Virus record (IMG/VR): IMGVR_UViG_3300026518_000668 | Coordinates: 1 to 57,845 of that record | Direction: 5' to 3' (one strand) | DNA length: 57,845 bases | Origin: a virus | Lineage: Duplodnaviria; Caudoviricetes | Shown here: piece by piece, positions 39,431-47,488 of the stretch | Layout of the letters: every line of letters begins with the position of its first letter | Position numbering within the stretch: the first letter of the stretch is position 1 | The notes under the pieces: generated by a model | The model's database searches: none | What the model was told of the DNA's origin: nothing | Seen by the model: the letters and a program-made list of their open reading frames with translations, nothing else | Program-made: the position numbers and the translations under genes

Positions 39431-39515
39431 GGCGCGCACCGCCTGGCTTACAGCCAGTCAGCCCGCTATCCCTGCGTGTATTGATGAATACCCAAGTAGA
39501 AGACATAATGAAGCC

Positions 39516-39566
39516 TCAGTATGCAGCCCCGGCAGGGTCCCCACCCTTAATGCCGGGGTTTTTTAT
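39516..39566 (+). ncRNA. Putative OOP-like antisense RNA
   Basis: TTGATG-17 nt-CATAAT promoter (39481-39509), then CCCCGGCA..TGCCGGGG-TTTTTT terminator; antisense to the cII-O intergenic region. Confidence 0.55.
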
Positions 39567-39604
39567 TGTCTGTGCGTTACCACCTGATCAGCCGGCAGGC
39601 GCAC

Positions 39605-40042
39605 CTAGTCAGGGGTCAGCTCTCCCACGTGCAGCGACGCCTCAAGCCCATCCAGGCTGTGCCGCGCCTCTCCAAGCTCCTTGGTAATTTCGCGCCGCTC
39701 GCTGCCGCTGATATGCCCATCGCTCAGCGCATCGGCAACCGCTCGCGTCACGTCCGCAATCTCGGCGCTCATATGCACAAACGCCTGGGCCAGGCCCTGA
39801 GCGGCGGGCTTATCCTTGGCTACCAGCTCAAAGCCAAACTCAGCGGCCAGCGCGGCAAGCGGACGCATGTCTTTGCTATGCACCAGAATCTGCAGGAACT
39901 GCTCAAAGTTCAGCCGGTGGCTGTCGTCGTTAGGGTTAGCGCGATTCAGCAGGCTGGTATGGCTGGTGCCCATCTGATGGGCCAGTTGCTTCGGGCCTGC
40001 TTCCAAGACGGTTTCGTGAACCGCTCTGTGCACTTCTTCCAT
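39605..40042 (-). CDS. Phage regulatory CII-family protein
   Basis: G...LA..MG.S...L.N.ANPN...H.L pattern; directly after cro. Confidence 0.75.
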   Translation of the reverse strand: MEEVHRAVHETVLEAGPKQLAHQMGTSHTSLLNRANPNDDSHRLNFEQFLQILVHSKDMRPLAALAAEFGFELVAKDKPAAQGLAQAFVHMSAEIADVTRAVADALSDGHISGSERREITKELGEARHSLDGLEASLHVGELTPD

Positions 40043-40108
40043 CGTCGGGAAACCTCGTTGGTTTTGTCGTGGCGGCGCGGCGAAAGCCCTGCCACCATCT
40101 AATTCGTG

Positions 40109-40309
40109 TCAGGCAGCCTGAGTTTTCTTGTTCGAGGGAAATGGCCGAAGCTCTTTCGCCTCAAGCGTTCCGTCATCGTGCTCGGTAACCAAAATCGTTC
40201 GGCCCGACTTGATCGCCTTAGTGATTGCCGGGGAAGACACCCCAAGCAAACGAGCCACCTCGGATTGATTCCGATCCACCACAAGCTCGTTCAGCGTGAC
40301 TTGCTTCAT
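40109..40309 (-). CDS. cro: Cro-like repressor
   Basis: QSEVARLLGVSSPAITKAI helix-turn-helix and ELRPFPS C-terminus resembling lambda Cro; divergent from cI. Confidence 0.85.
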   Translation of the reverse strand: MKQVTLNELVVDRNQSEVARLLGVSSPAITKAIKSGRTILVTEHDDGTLEAKELRPFPSNKKTQAA

Positions 40310-40340
40310 TGGCCCTTCCTCTGAATGGTCCTCCTGCAAG

Positions 40341-40417
40341 ATGTTAATCAGCGGTTATGTTTTTATCAATACCGGCGGTTTCTTCTTTTTATTAACCATT
40401 GGTTATAGATTTGCCCC
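40341..40417. promoter_or_regulatory. OR region: PR, PRM and three operators
   Basis: 13-bp operators at 40345, 40369, 40393 (TAATCAGCGGTTA, ATACCGGCGGTTT, TAACCATTGGTTA); PR TTGATA-17-TAACAT on minus strand; PRM -10 TAGATT at 40406. Confidence 0.8.
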
Positions 40418-41167
40418 ATGACCAAGAAACGCCCACTACCGCCAGACCGAGCAGCCGAGTGCGATGCTGCGCACGAACTCTTTTTGGCCAAAAAGAAACA
40501 ACTGGGCCTTAGCCAAAGATCACTGGCCGAGGTGGCCGGGATTACACCTGCGGCAGTGAACCTCTATTTCAAGGGCGTCAACGCGCTGAACGTGCAGTTC
40601 GCCGCGGTGCTGGCGAGTGAACTGCGCTCGCCAATTGAGAGCTTCAGTCCAAGGCTTGCCAGGGAGGCAGAAATGATCAGCAAGGCAGTTAACTCAACCG
40701 GCAACGTAATAACCGCAGACTTCACCAAAAAGGCGCTGCGCGACGGTGAGCTGCACATCACGCAGTACGACCTGCGGGCCGCCATGGGCGGCGGCCAGTT
40801 ACCGGCCGACTATCTGGAAGTGCTGCGGGAGGTCACCATCCACCGCTCGTTCTTCGAGGCAGCGGGAGTCAGCTACTCAAGCGCATCCAAGTTGGCGTTG
40901 GTCACAGGGTGGGGCCAGAGCATGGAAGGCACCATCAATCATGGCGACCCGGTGTTCGTTGACTACGGCGTCACGTCGTTTGTCTCCGATGGCGTGTACC
41001 TGTTCACCTGGGACAACCTCGCCTACATCAAGCGTGTCCAGAAGATCAGCAAAACTGAGCTGAAAATCATCTCGGATAACCGCAACCATGACCCCTTCGT
41101 CGTCAATGCTGAAGACGTGACCTTTCACGCCCGGGCAATCATGGTCTGGAACGGCAAGAAGCTCTGA
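40418..41167 (+). CDS. cI: CI-like repressor (HTH + S24 peptidase)
   Basis: LSQRSLAEVAGITPAAVNLY helix-turn-helix; GQSME..I..GD and YIKRV catalytic Ser/Lys motifs. Confidence 0.92.
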   Translation: MTKKRPLPPDRAAECDAAHELFLAKKKQLGLSQRSLAEVAGITPAAVNLYFKGVNALNVQFAAVLASELRSPIESFSPRLAREAEMISKAVNSTGNVITADFTKKALRDGELHITQYDLRAAMGGGQLPADYLEVLREVTIHRSFFEAAGVSYSSASKLALVTGWGQSMEGTINHGDPVFVDYGVTSFVSDGVYLFTWDNLAYIKRVQKISKTELKIISDNRNHDPFVVNAEDVTFHARAIMVWNGKKL

Positions 41168-41193
41168 CGCTGAAGCCTACAAGGAGGTAGTAG

Positions 41194-41607
41194 ATGGGCT
41201 TTTTCTCAAGTCTATTTAGGGGCACCAAAGGCTTTGCGGCTGCGACGAACGCCCTGTTAGCTGAACACATGCTGCCAACCCTTACGGAAGCCCAAGGGGA
41301 TGACATTCGCGAGCAGATCGCCTACATCCTCTCAGCGGGCGGCGGTATGCACATGGATCGCGAACAGGTCTACATCCAGTTCAACTCGCTTCCGCGCGTG
41401 ATGCAGCTCAACCTCATCGCCCTGGCTCTGAATGACCTTGGCGTAAGCCCGCCATTCAAAGGCGAGTTCTGGCATGAAGTCAGAAACCCTTTCTTGCCGA
41501 ATATTTACAACCCCAGCGACTTTGAGGCGGTGCAGAGCCGCCTGTCCCACCAGCATGGAATCCACTTTCACTTGCCCGTAGAGCCGATACACTTCATGGA
41601 TATCTGA
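41194..41607 (+). CDS. Hypothetical protein co-transcribed with cI
   Basis: Strong RBS AAGGAGGT, 26 nt after the cI stop, upstream of a terminator. Confidence 0.75.
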   Translation: MGFFSSLFRGTKGFAAATNALLAEHMLPTLTEAQGDDIREQIAYILSAGGGMHMDREQVYIQFNSLPRVMQLNLIALALNDLGVSPPFKGEFWHEVRNPFLPNIYNPSDFEAVQSRLSHQHGIHFHLPVEPIHFMDI

Positions 41608-41664
41608 TGCTCAGCTACCACTCAAAAGCGAACCGCCTGCCCGGCTAATCTCGCTACACGCCCC

Positions 41665-41690
41665 AAGCCCGCCCAAGCGGGCTTTTTTTT
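41665..41690 (+). terminator. Terminator of the cI operon
   Basis: AAGCCCGC-CCAA-GCGGGC-TTTTTTTT. Confidence 0.85.
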
Positions 41691-41742
41691 GCCCGCCATT
41701 CCAGCCGCCCTGCGGCTTTTCTTTGCGCCCGCAAAATTAAAT

Positions 41743-41783
41743 TAACCATCGGTATTGACTGATAAAATACCGGCGGTTAATGT
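41743..41783 (+). promoter_or_regulatory. OL/PL region
   Basis: Operators TAACCATCGGTAT (41743) and ATACCGGCGGTTA (41767); TTGACT-17-TAATGT. Confidence 0.8.
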
Positions 41784-41821
41784 TTATTCCACGCCAGCAC
41801 ACCGGCCAGGGCCAGACCCGC

Positions 41822-41834
41822 CGCTCTTTCAAAA
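41822..41834 (+). promoter_or_regulatory. boxA-like antitermination signal
   Basis: CGCTCTTTCAAAA shortly after PL, followed by the hairpin GCCGGT..ACCGGC. Confidence 0.5.
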
Positions 41835-42203
41835 CCTGGAACCCCATGCCGGTCACTGGTAACCGGCCTGCTCAATGTTTTGCTGACGCATCTGGAATCA
41901 GCGGACAAAGGGTTGCACTGCTAACGCTCCCTGGCGGTACTCCTCAGAACGGAGTGCATCACCGCTAACAGCAGACAGGCCGAACAGCTTGCAGTGAGGA
42001 CAAAAATCATCGCCCAAGCGCAGGTGGCGGGTAACAGCGCAAGGCAACAAGACTGTGGCGCCCGGCATGCCGACGCAGCGGTTTATATGACAACCAGAAG
42101 AAAGGCCCGCAGGTGGTAGAAGCCCAGTAGGCGACTGCGGGAAGCAACGACGAATCACTGAGCAGCCTTCTTGCGAGGGCTGCTTGGGATGAAATCGGAG
42201 TAG

Positions 42204-42725
42204 TTAGTGGCGCTTTCCGAGCCCTGGGGCGCCGCCCGGCAAGAGCGTCACATCCGTATATTCAGTGTCAGATCTGGACCGGAAAGCGGCATCTAGCGCG
42301 CGTGAACGGCTCAAGCACTTCGGGCACAGGTTCGAAAGCCGCAGTATTTCCTCTGGGTTATCAAGAGGCACGCCGCAGTCATTGCAGTGCGTGACATGAG
42401 CACCAGAGCGCCCTGATGCTTGGCGCCGTTGGACTCGCTCAGTCACCAACTTCGCAGCCTGCTTTTTGCTGAGTGGCTTTGCTGAGGTAGCACTGGTCTT
42501 CGGCCTTTTGACCTTGCGCTTCTTCCCTACTCGTCTTGGCGCAACCTCGGTCGGCTCACCGGCAACCAGCGTCATTTTGACTTTCTCGCGGCTACTGTCT
42601 TTTTGGCCGCCAAGCACCCGCTTGAGCTCACCAATCAGGTTCAGTACCGCCGGGTTCACCGGCTCCTCTTCCTGCTGCATTCGAGCTTTCAACTCGCGCA
42701 AAACCTCAAGGTTCTTGGCATCCAT
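42204..42725 (-). CDS. Antisense moron: basic protein with C4 zinc finger
   Basis: CNDC..CPKC and Lys/Arg-rich middle; opposite strand within the PL operon. Confidence 0.6.
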   Translation of the reverse strand: MDAKNLEVLRELKARMQQEEEPVNPAVLNLIGELKRVLGGQKDSSREKVKMTLVAGEPTEVAPRRVGKKRKVKRPKTSATSAKPLSKKQAAKLVTERVQRRQASGRSGAHVTHCNDCGVPLDNPEEILRLSNLCPKCLSRSRALDAAFRSRSDTEYTDVTLLPGGAPGLGKRH

Positions 42726-42805
42726 TCACCGCAGTTCCTTTCGTAGTCATCCATCCACGGAGACTAGCAAACCAGTGGCACCAGAGCCACGCACAGGAGA
42801 ACGAC

Positions 42806-43198
42806 ATGAGCGACGAAACAATCGAGCAAGAGATTCAACGCAAGGGGCTCAATGCTCCGCGTATCACGCCCGCCGATATCGAAGCGAACATCATCGCCGA
42901 GACGTGCTTCACGGCTGCTGAGGGCGGTATTGGCGCATGCCGCACGCACGGCGACGTGTATCAAGGCGCGGGTCAGATTCATCACGAATCACTCGGGCTG
43001 CTGACCATCTGCGTGCTGGTGCTACGCAATGGCTTCACCGTAACCGGTGAATCTGCCTGCGCCAGCCCCGAGAACTTCGATGAGCAGATCGGCCGCAAAA
43101 TCGCACGCGAGAACGCCGTACAGAAGATATGGCCGCTGATGGGCTATGGCCTACGCAATCGCTTGGCTGAAGAAGCAACCTTCGGCGCTTCTGCCTGA
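42806..43198 (+). CDS. Gp49-family (Phage_gp49_66) protein
   Basis: APRITP..I, LTICVLVLRNGFTVTGESACASPENFD..IGRKIA..NA..KIW.LMGY. Confidence 0.85.
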   Translation: MSDETIEQEIQRKGLNAPRITPADIEANIIAETCFTAAEGGIGACRTHGDVYQGAGQIHHESLGLLTICVLVLRNGFTVTGESACASPENFDEQIGRKIARENAVQKIWPLMGYGLRNRLAEEATFGASA

Positions 43199-43256
43199 CT
43201 TCCTCATGCCGCTTCACTGAGGCGGCATCGCGAAACCATACAGGGAGTGCAAAACC

Positions 43257-43490
43257 ATGTTCGAAGGTATTCAACACAACTCAAGCGCAGACGGCATTAC
43301 CTGCGCGAGCTATAGCGCCGACGGCGTCTACGGATGGGTCAGCTTTCATGTCAGCGAAAACCGCAGCTCGGTTGCCAGCAAGCTAGGGCCAGACGATGCG
43401 TTCCGCGAGTGCGCGGCCAGTCATTTTTACGGTCGCGTGGTCGGCAAATTTATGGTGAGAGTCACCGACGAGGTCAGCGACTACTCATAG
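43257..43490 (+). CDS. Hypothetical protein
   Basis: RBS GGGAG; ORF in the PL operon. Confidence 0.5.
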   Translation: MFEGIQHNSSADGITCASYSADGVYGWVSFHVSENRSSVASKLGPDDAFRECAASHFYGRVVGKFMVRVTDEVSDYS

Positions 43491-43561
43491 GCGCCAAAGA
43501 GCAGTCTTCCTCATGTGCCTGATAACCCGGGTACATCGGGAAGCAACCAAGGAGAAAGGAA

Positions 43562-43750
43562 ATGCTCGCACTCACACGCAACACCGGCCAGAAAATCATC
43601 ATCAAAACCGCCCATGAAACCATCGAGGTGATGGTTCTCGGCATCAACTCCCGCACCCAGGTCCGCCTGGGCGTCGACGCACCACCCCACGTCACTATCG
43701 ACCGCGAAGAAATCGCAGAAAGGAAACGCGCAGGCGTGCCCAGACGATAG
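43562..43750 (+). CDS. csrA: CsrA/RsmA-family RNA-binding regulator
   Basis: MLALTR..GQ.III....I.V.VLG....QVRLGVDAP..V.I.REEI. Confidence 0.88.
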   Translation: MLALTRNTGQKIIIKTAHETIEVMVLGINSRTQVRLGVDAPPHVTIDREEIAERKRAGVPRR

Positions 43751-43811
43751 CGCACCCGCCAAGGTGTGCCTCATTTGGGGCGCATCAGGGTGACCCAACA
43801 GGAGAACAGCA

Positions 43812-44387
43812 ATGTGGACATTCCCGCTTTTTCAAGCGCTCGCATCCTTCGAGCAGCCCCCGGCAAGGGCTAGGGCAACCAACAGCCGCCCGCTTTCCCG
43901 TCACCACCGCAATCCGAAAGATCCGCACCAAGCGGCGCGAATCAAAGCCGCCCAGATGAAGCGCTCTCGCAAAGAAGAGCGCCGCTGTTTAACGACAGCA
44001 AAGAGCTTCCTCAACAACCCGACGATCCTGCGCGTGCTGCCACTCAGTCCACTCTCGCCAATGGAGCAAATGGATCAAGAGATCGCCGCCAAGATAAAGG
44101 AGGTTGGTCTCAGAGAGCGAGCAGTGATGCGCCAAGTTCGCGGCCTTGTCCGGCGGCGTGTTTATGCGGACATCGTGAAGTACATGCACGAAGACTCGGA
44201 TTGGGTCGGTGATCTGCGAATTGACGAAAGCCCCGGCGGCGAAGAAGTCGATCTGAACGAATACGCCTTCAAGCGAGCTTACATTCACCAAACCGTCAAC
44301 GGCGGTTATTCCGGCGATGACTATGCGGGCCATATCTGGATACCGCTGAATGCAGGCAAGTACCTGCACTTTCACTACAACTGTTGA
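43812..44387 (+). CDS. Hypothetical protein
   Basis: RBS AGGAG; Arg-rich N-terminus; GGYSGDDYAG..WIPL..GKYL C-terminus. Confidence 0.65.
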   Translation: MWTFPLFQALASFEQPPARARATNSRPLSRHHRNPKDPHQAARIKAAQMKRSRKEERRCLTTAKSFLNNPTILRVLPLSPLSPMEQMDQEIAAKIKEVGLRERAVMRQVRGLVRRRVYADIVKYMHEDSDWVGDLRIDESPGGEEVDLNEYAFKRAYIHQTVNGGYSGDDYAGHIWIPLNAGKYLHFHYNC

Positions 44388-44558
44388 TCTACCGGCCCCA
44401 GCAGCGGCACTGCTGGGCATCGGAGTGCGTTCTGAGTAGTTGCTGAGGTCGAGTGCACAAATTGCCGGGTGGCACCGGTAGCCGCAAACAGACACCTGCA
44501 GCAATAGCCAGTTCACACCCCGATGCTCCTTGCATCGTTGCGTTTCGTTACGGCTATT

Positions 44559-44584
44559 AACCCCGCTTCGGCGGGGTTCTTTTT
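44559..44584 (+). terminator. Rho-independent terminator (tL-like)
   Basis: AACCCCGC-TTCG-GCGGGGTT-CTTTTT. Confidence 0.85.
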
Positions 44585-44647
44585 CCAGCCAAATTATGCA
44601 AACGCCGGCGTTATATCCCCCCTCTTCATCAATGCAAAACCAACGGA

Positions 44648-44836
44648 GTGACCATGCAAAGAGAGCCCATCGTGATTGAAAAGGCCGGGCGCCGCGTGCT
44701 GCCCTCATCCCCCCAAAATGGTGACTTTTTCCACCTCCGCATGGGGTCTGCCATCGTCGGCTGGGCCACCACGCCGGCGCTGGCCAACGCGAAGAAAACG
44801 CGCCTTGAGCGCGCCATGGCCGGAGGTCACCCATGA
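44648..44836 (+). CDS. Hypothetical protein
   Basis: Small ORF ATGA-coupled to the next gene. Confidence 0.5.
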   Translation: MTMQREPIVIEKAGRRVLPSSPQNGDFFHLRMGSAIVGWATTPALANAKKTRLERAMAGGHP

Positions 44837-45231
44837 CGCGCAGACAAATGCCCGTTGCCTACATTGCCGGCCCATACCGTGGCGCCAACCGGGAGGCAGT
44901 CGAGCTGAACATACAAGCCGCCCGGGCAGTTGGCCTGCTGGCTGCACGCCGCGGTTGGGCGCCAATCATCCCGCACGCCAACACCGGCCATCTTGACGGC
45001 GCATACCCCGCCCTCGGCGACGACTTCTGGCTCGACGCAACAATGGCGTTGCTGCGCTGCTCAGACGTCCTCGTCCTGTGCCCGGGCTGGAGTGGTTCAG
45101 CCGGCACGCTGGATGAAATCGAAGAAGCCAAACGCCTCGGTAAAGAGATATTCAACACCATCGACCAACTCCCCACCGGCATCGAATGGCTGGAGCTTGA
45201 ACTGCTCCAGAGCGATCCGGCCGACCAATAA
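44833..45231 (+). CDS. DUF4406/DUF1937-like protein (nucleoside deoxyribosyltransferase-like fold)
   Basis: YIAGPY, P.IPH, CSD....PGWS.SAG...E...A. Confidence 0.7.
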   Translation: MTRRQMPVAYIAGPYRGANREAVELNIQAARAVGLLAARRGWAPIIPHANTGHLDGAYPALGDDFWLDATMALLRCSDVLVLCPGWSGSAGTLDEIEEAKRLGKEIFNTIDQLPTGIEWLELELLQSDPADQ

Positions 45232-45260
45232 CCCGCATACCAGCACACCGGAGTTCAACC

Positions 45261-46178
45261 ATGTGGTTCAAAAATATCCTGCTGTACCGCTTCACCCAGG
45301 CCATCCCCTTCAGCCTTGATGAGCTGATTGCAGCCCTGCAGCAAAAGCCAGCCCGCGAATGCGCAAGCCAAGAGACACACACCCTCGGCTGGACAACCCC
45401 GTTCGGACGCCACTCCGTCAACCTGGTGCAGGTAGCCGCCGGCTTCTGGCTGGTTGCCATGCAGAAAGAAGAGCGCATCCTGCCAGGCCACGTCGTGAAA
45501 GACGCCCTCGACGCCAAGATCGCCGATATCGAAGAGCGCGACGCCCGCAAGGTGTACAAAAAAGAGCGCGACACCCTGAAAGACGAAATCGTCATGCAAC
45601 TGCTGCCGCGCGCCTTCACCCGCACACAGACCACCTTTGCACTGATCAGCGCCACTGACGGCTGGATCGCGGTCGACACCAGCACCTGGAAGCGCGCAGA
45701 GGACTTGCTGAGCCTGCTGCGCGAGTGCACCGGCACCCTGCCCGTTCGCCCAATGAACGTGAAGGCGCCACCCGCCACCAGCATGACGCAGTGGGTCAAA
45801 GACAACCAAGCACCCGCCTCCCTGCAGATCGGCGACAACTGCGAGCTGACCGACACCAGCGAAGACGGCGGGCAAGTCCGCTGTAAACATCAGGATCTGG
45901 GCAGCGACGAGATTCAGCTACACCTGAGCGCCGGCAAACAGGTCACCCAGCTTGATCTGCGCTGGGGCGACAAACTCAACTTCATGCTGACCGACCGCAT
46001 GGTAATCAAGCGCCTGCGCTTCGATGCCCTGGTTATCGACGAAGCCAACGATCAGGCAGGCGACGACATGGCCAGCGAGCTGGACGCCAGCCTGACCATT
46101 ATGGGCGGCACCTTGCAGCAGTTCATCCCCGCGCTGTGCAATGCGCTGGGCGGCGAAGACCAGCCTGCTGGAATCTGA
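45261..46178 (+). CDS. rdgC: Recombination-associated protein RdgC
   Basis: MWFKN..LYR, EERILP..VV, LLPRAF, KRAEDLLSLLR, GKQVTQL.L.W. Confidence 0.92.
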   Translation: MWFKNILLYRFTQAIPFSLDELIAALQQKPARECASQETHTLGWTTPFGRHSVNLVQVAAGFWLVAMQKEERILPGHVVKDALDAKIADIEERDARKVYKKERDTLKDEIVMQLLPRAFTRTQTTFALISATDGWIAVDTSTWKRAEDLLSLLRECTGTLPVRPMNVKAPPATSMTQWVKDNQAPASLQIGDNCELTDTSEDGGQVRCKHQDLGSDEIQLHLSAGKQVTQLDLRWGDKLNFMLTDRMVIKRLRFDALVIDEANDQAGDDMASELDASLTIMGGTLQQFIPALCNALGGEDQPAGI

Positions 46179-46187
46179 GGTGCCGCT

Positions 46188-46679
46188 ATGTTTCGTCCGA
46201 CTATCGATAACGCACGGGCAGACGACCTGGCGGGCAAGATCGCAGCATTCGAAGCGGCCGGCGGCGCAATCCAAGTCAGCGCGCCCGCTACCTTCGTGCC
46301 TCGCCCGCCACGTAAAGAGCCCAAACGCAAACCGCAGCCCAAGAGCACCCGCCGAGAAGCTGCGCACATCACGCGGTACCGGAAAATTGGACCGGACCTG
46401 ATCGAGCTATTCGACAAGCGCGGGCTGACGATCGCGCAAATCTGCGTCGAAACAGGCGAAGGCAAGCGCTTCGTCAGCAACTGCCTGCAATTTTTCGGCT
46501 ACGACACATCGATCAACCGCGGTCGCAAAGACGTAGCTGAAAAGGAGCTAGGTCGCCAACTGGCGGACATGGCCAAGTCCAGATACACCCTGCGCTACGC
46601 CGCCCAGTGCCTCGACATCACCGAGAAGCGCGCAGACTTGCTTGCTCGCCGACTTCACCTCACATTCCGGCGCGCCTGA
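46188..46679 (+). CDS. Hypothetical DNA-binding protein
   Basis: IAAFEAAGGAI N-terminal motif and two HTH-like segments. Confidence 0.6.
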   Translation: MFRPTIDNARADDLAGKIAAFEAAGGAIQVSAPATFVPRPPRKEPKRKPQPKSTRREAAHITRYRKIGPDLIELFDKRGLTIAQICVETGEGKRFVSNCLQFFGYDTSINRGRKDVAEKELGRQLADMAKSRYTLRYAAQCLDITEKRADLLARRLHLTFRRA

Positions 46680-46722
46680 CCAGCATCGTTCACGCGCCAG
46701 CAACCAACCCCAAGGAAGCATT

Positions 46723-47412
46723 ATGTCTACCGACAAAGCCAGAATTTTGGAGAAGATTCGCAAGTGCATGGCGCTTGGCTCTTCGGGAAATGAGCACGAA
46801 GCCGCTGCAGGCATGCGCCAGGCTCGCAAGCTCATGGAGAAATACGGACTCACAGCTGAGCACGTTGAGCTCTCAGAGCTGGGTACCGAGCGAGTTAACT
46901 CAGCGCACGCGAATCCGCCGCTCTGGGCGGCAGCGCTTCAGAACATCTGCGCCAGAGCCTTCCAATGCACGGCCTACACGGCCAGGTACCGCGTTATTTT
47001 TGTTGGGCAAGCAGAAAGCGCAAAGATCGCCGGATACACCTATGAGGTGCTGATGCGCCAGATCAAGCAGGCCCGCAAGCACTTTCTGGCGCAACGCGTG
47101 CCTGAGTGGTGGACGCCGTCCAAAAAGAAGAAAGTCGCACAGGGTTACTGCGAAGGTTGGGTGATGGCCGTGAAGGAGAAGGTCAACGAGTTCGCCGGCC
47201 CAGCCAGCAAAGAGCGCGAGGCGAAGCATGACCAGTTTCTACGTGAAGTAATGACGATGAAGCTGAAAGAGGCCAAGCCTAAAAAATCAGCAGTAGAAAC
47301 CGACCGCAACGCCCGAACTGCGGCCTACATGGGTGCAAACGATGGCGAAAAGGTCCAGCTCCATCACGCGATGAACGGGGCAGAGCAAGCCCCGCTGTTG
47401 GAACAGCTATGA
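46723..47412 (+). CDS. DUF2786-domain protein
   Basis: ILEKIRKCMAL..S.NEHEAAA.MRQA.KLMEKY. Confidence 0.8.
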   Translation: MSTDKARILEKIRKCMALGSSGNEHEAAAGMRQARKLMEKYGLTAEHVELSELGTERVNSAHANPPLWAAALQNICARAFQCTAYTARYRVIFVGQAESAKIAGYTYEVLMRQIKQARKHFLAQRVPEWWTPSKKKKVAQGYCEGWVMAVKEKVNEFAGPASKEREAKHDQFLREVMTMKLKEAKPKKSAVETDRNARTAAYMGANDGEKVQLHHAMNGAEQAPLLEQL

Positions 47413-47488
47413 AGCCGCCCGAGTATATGAAGCGACAGGGTATTGAAGATGCCGGAGCGACTACAAGCCTAGATCGGTAAGTTCATCG

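Noticed and set aside
43812-44387. N-like antiterminator, based on the Arg-rich N-terminus
   Set aside because: Size, position and globular C-terminus do not fit N; evidence too weak
19578-44597. Shared 13-mer CCAGCCAAATTAT at 19578 and 44585
   Set aside because: Isolated 13-bp matches are expected by chance in 58 kb and the contexts differ
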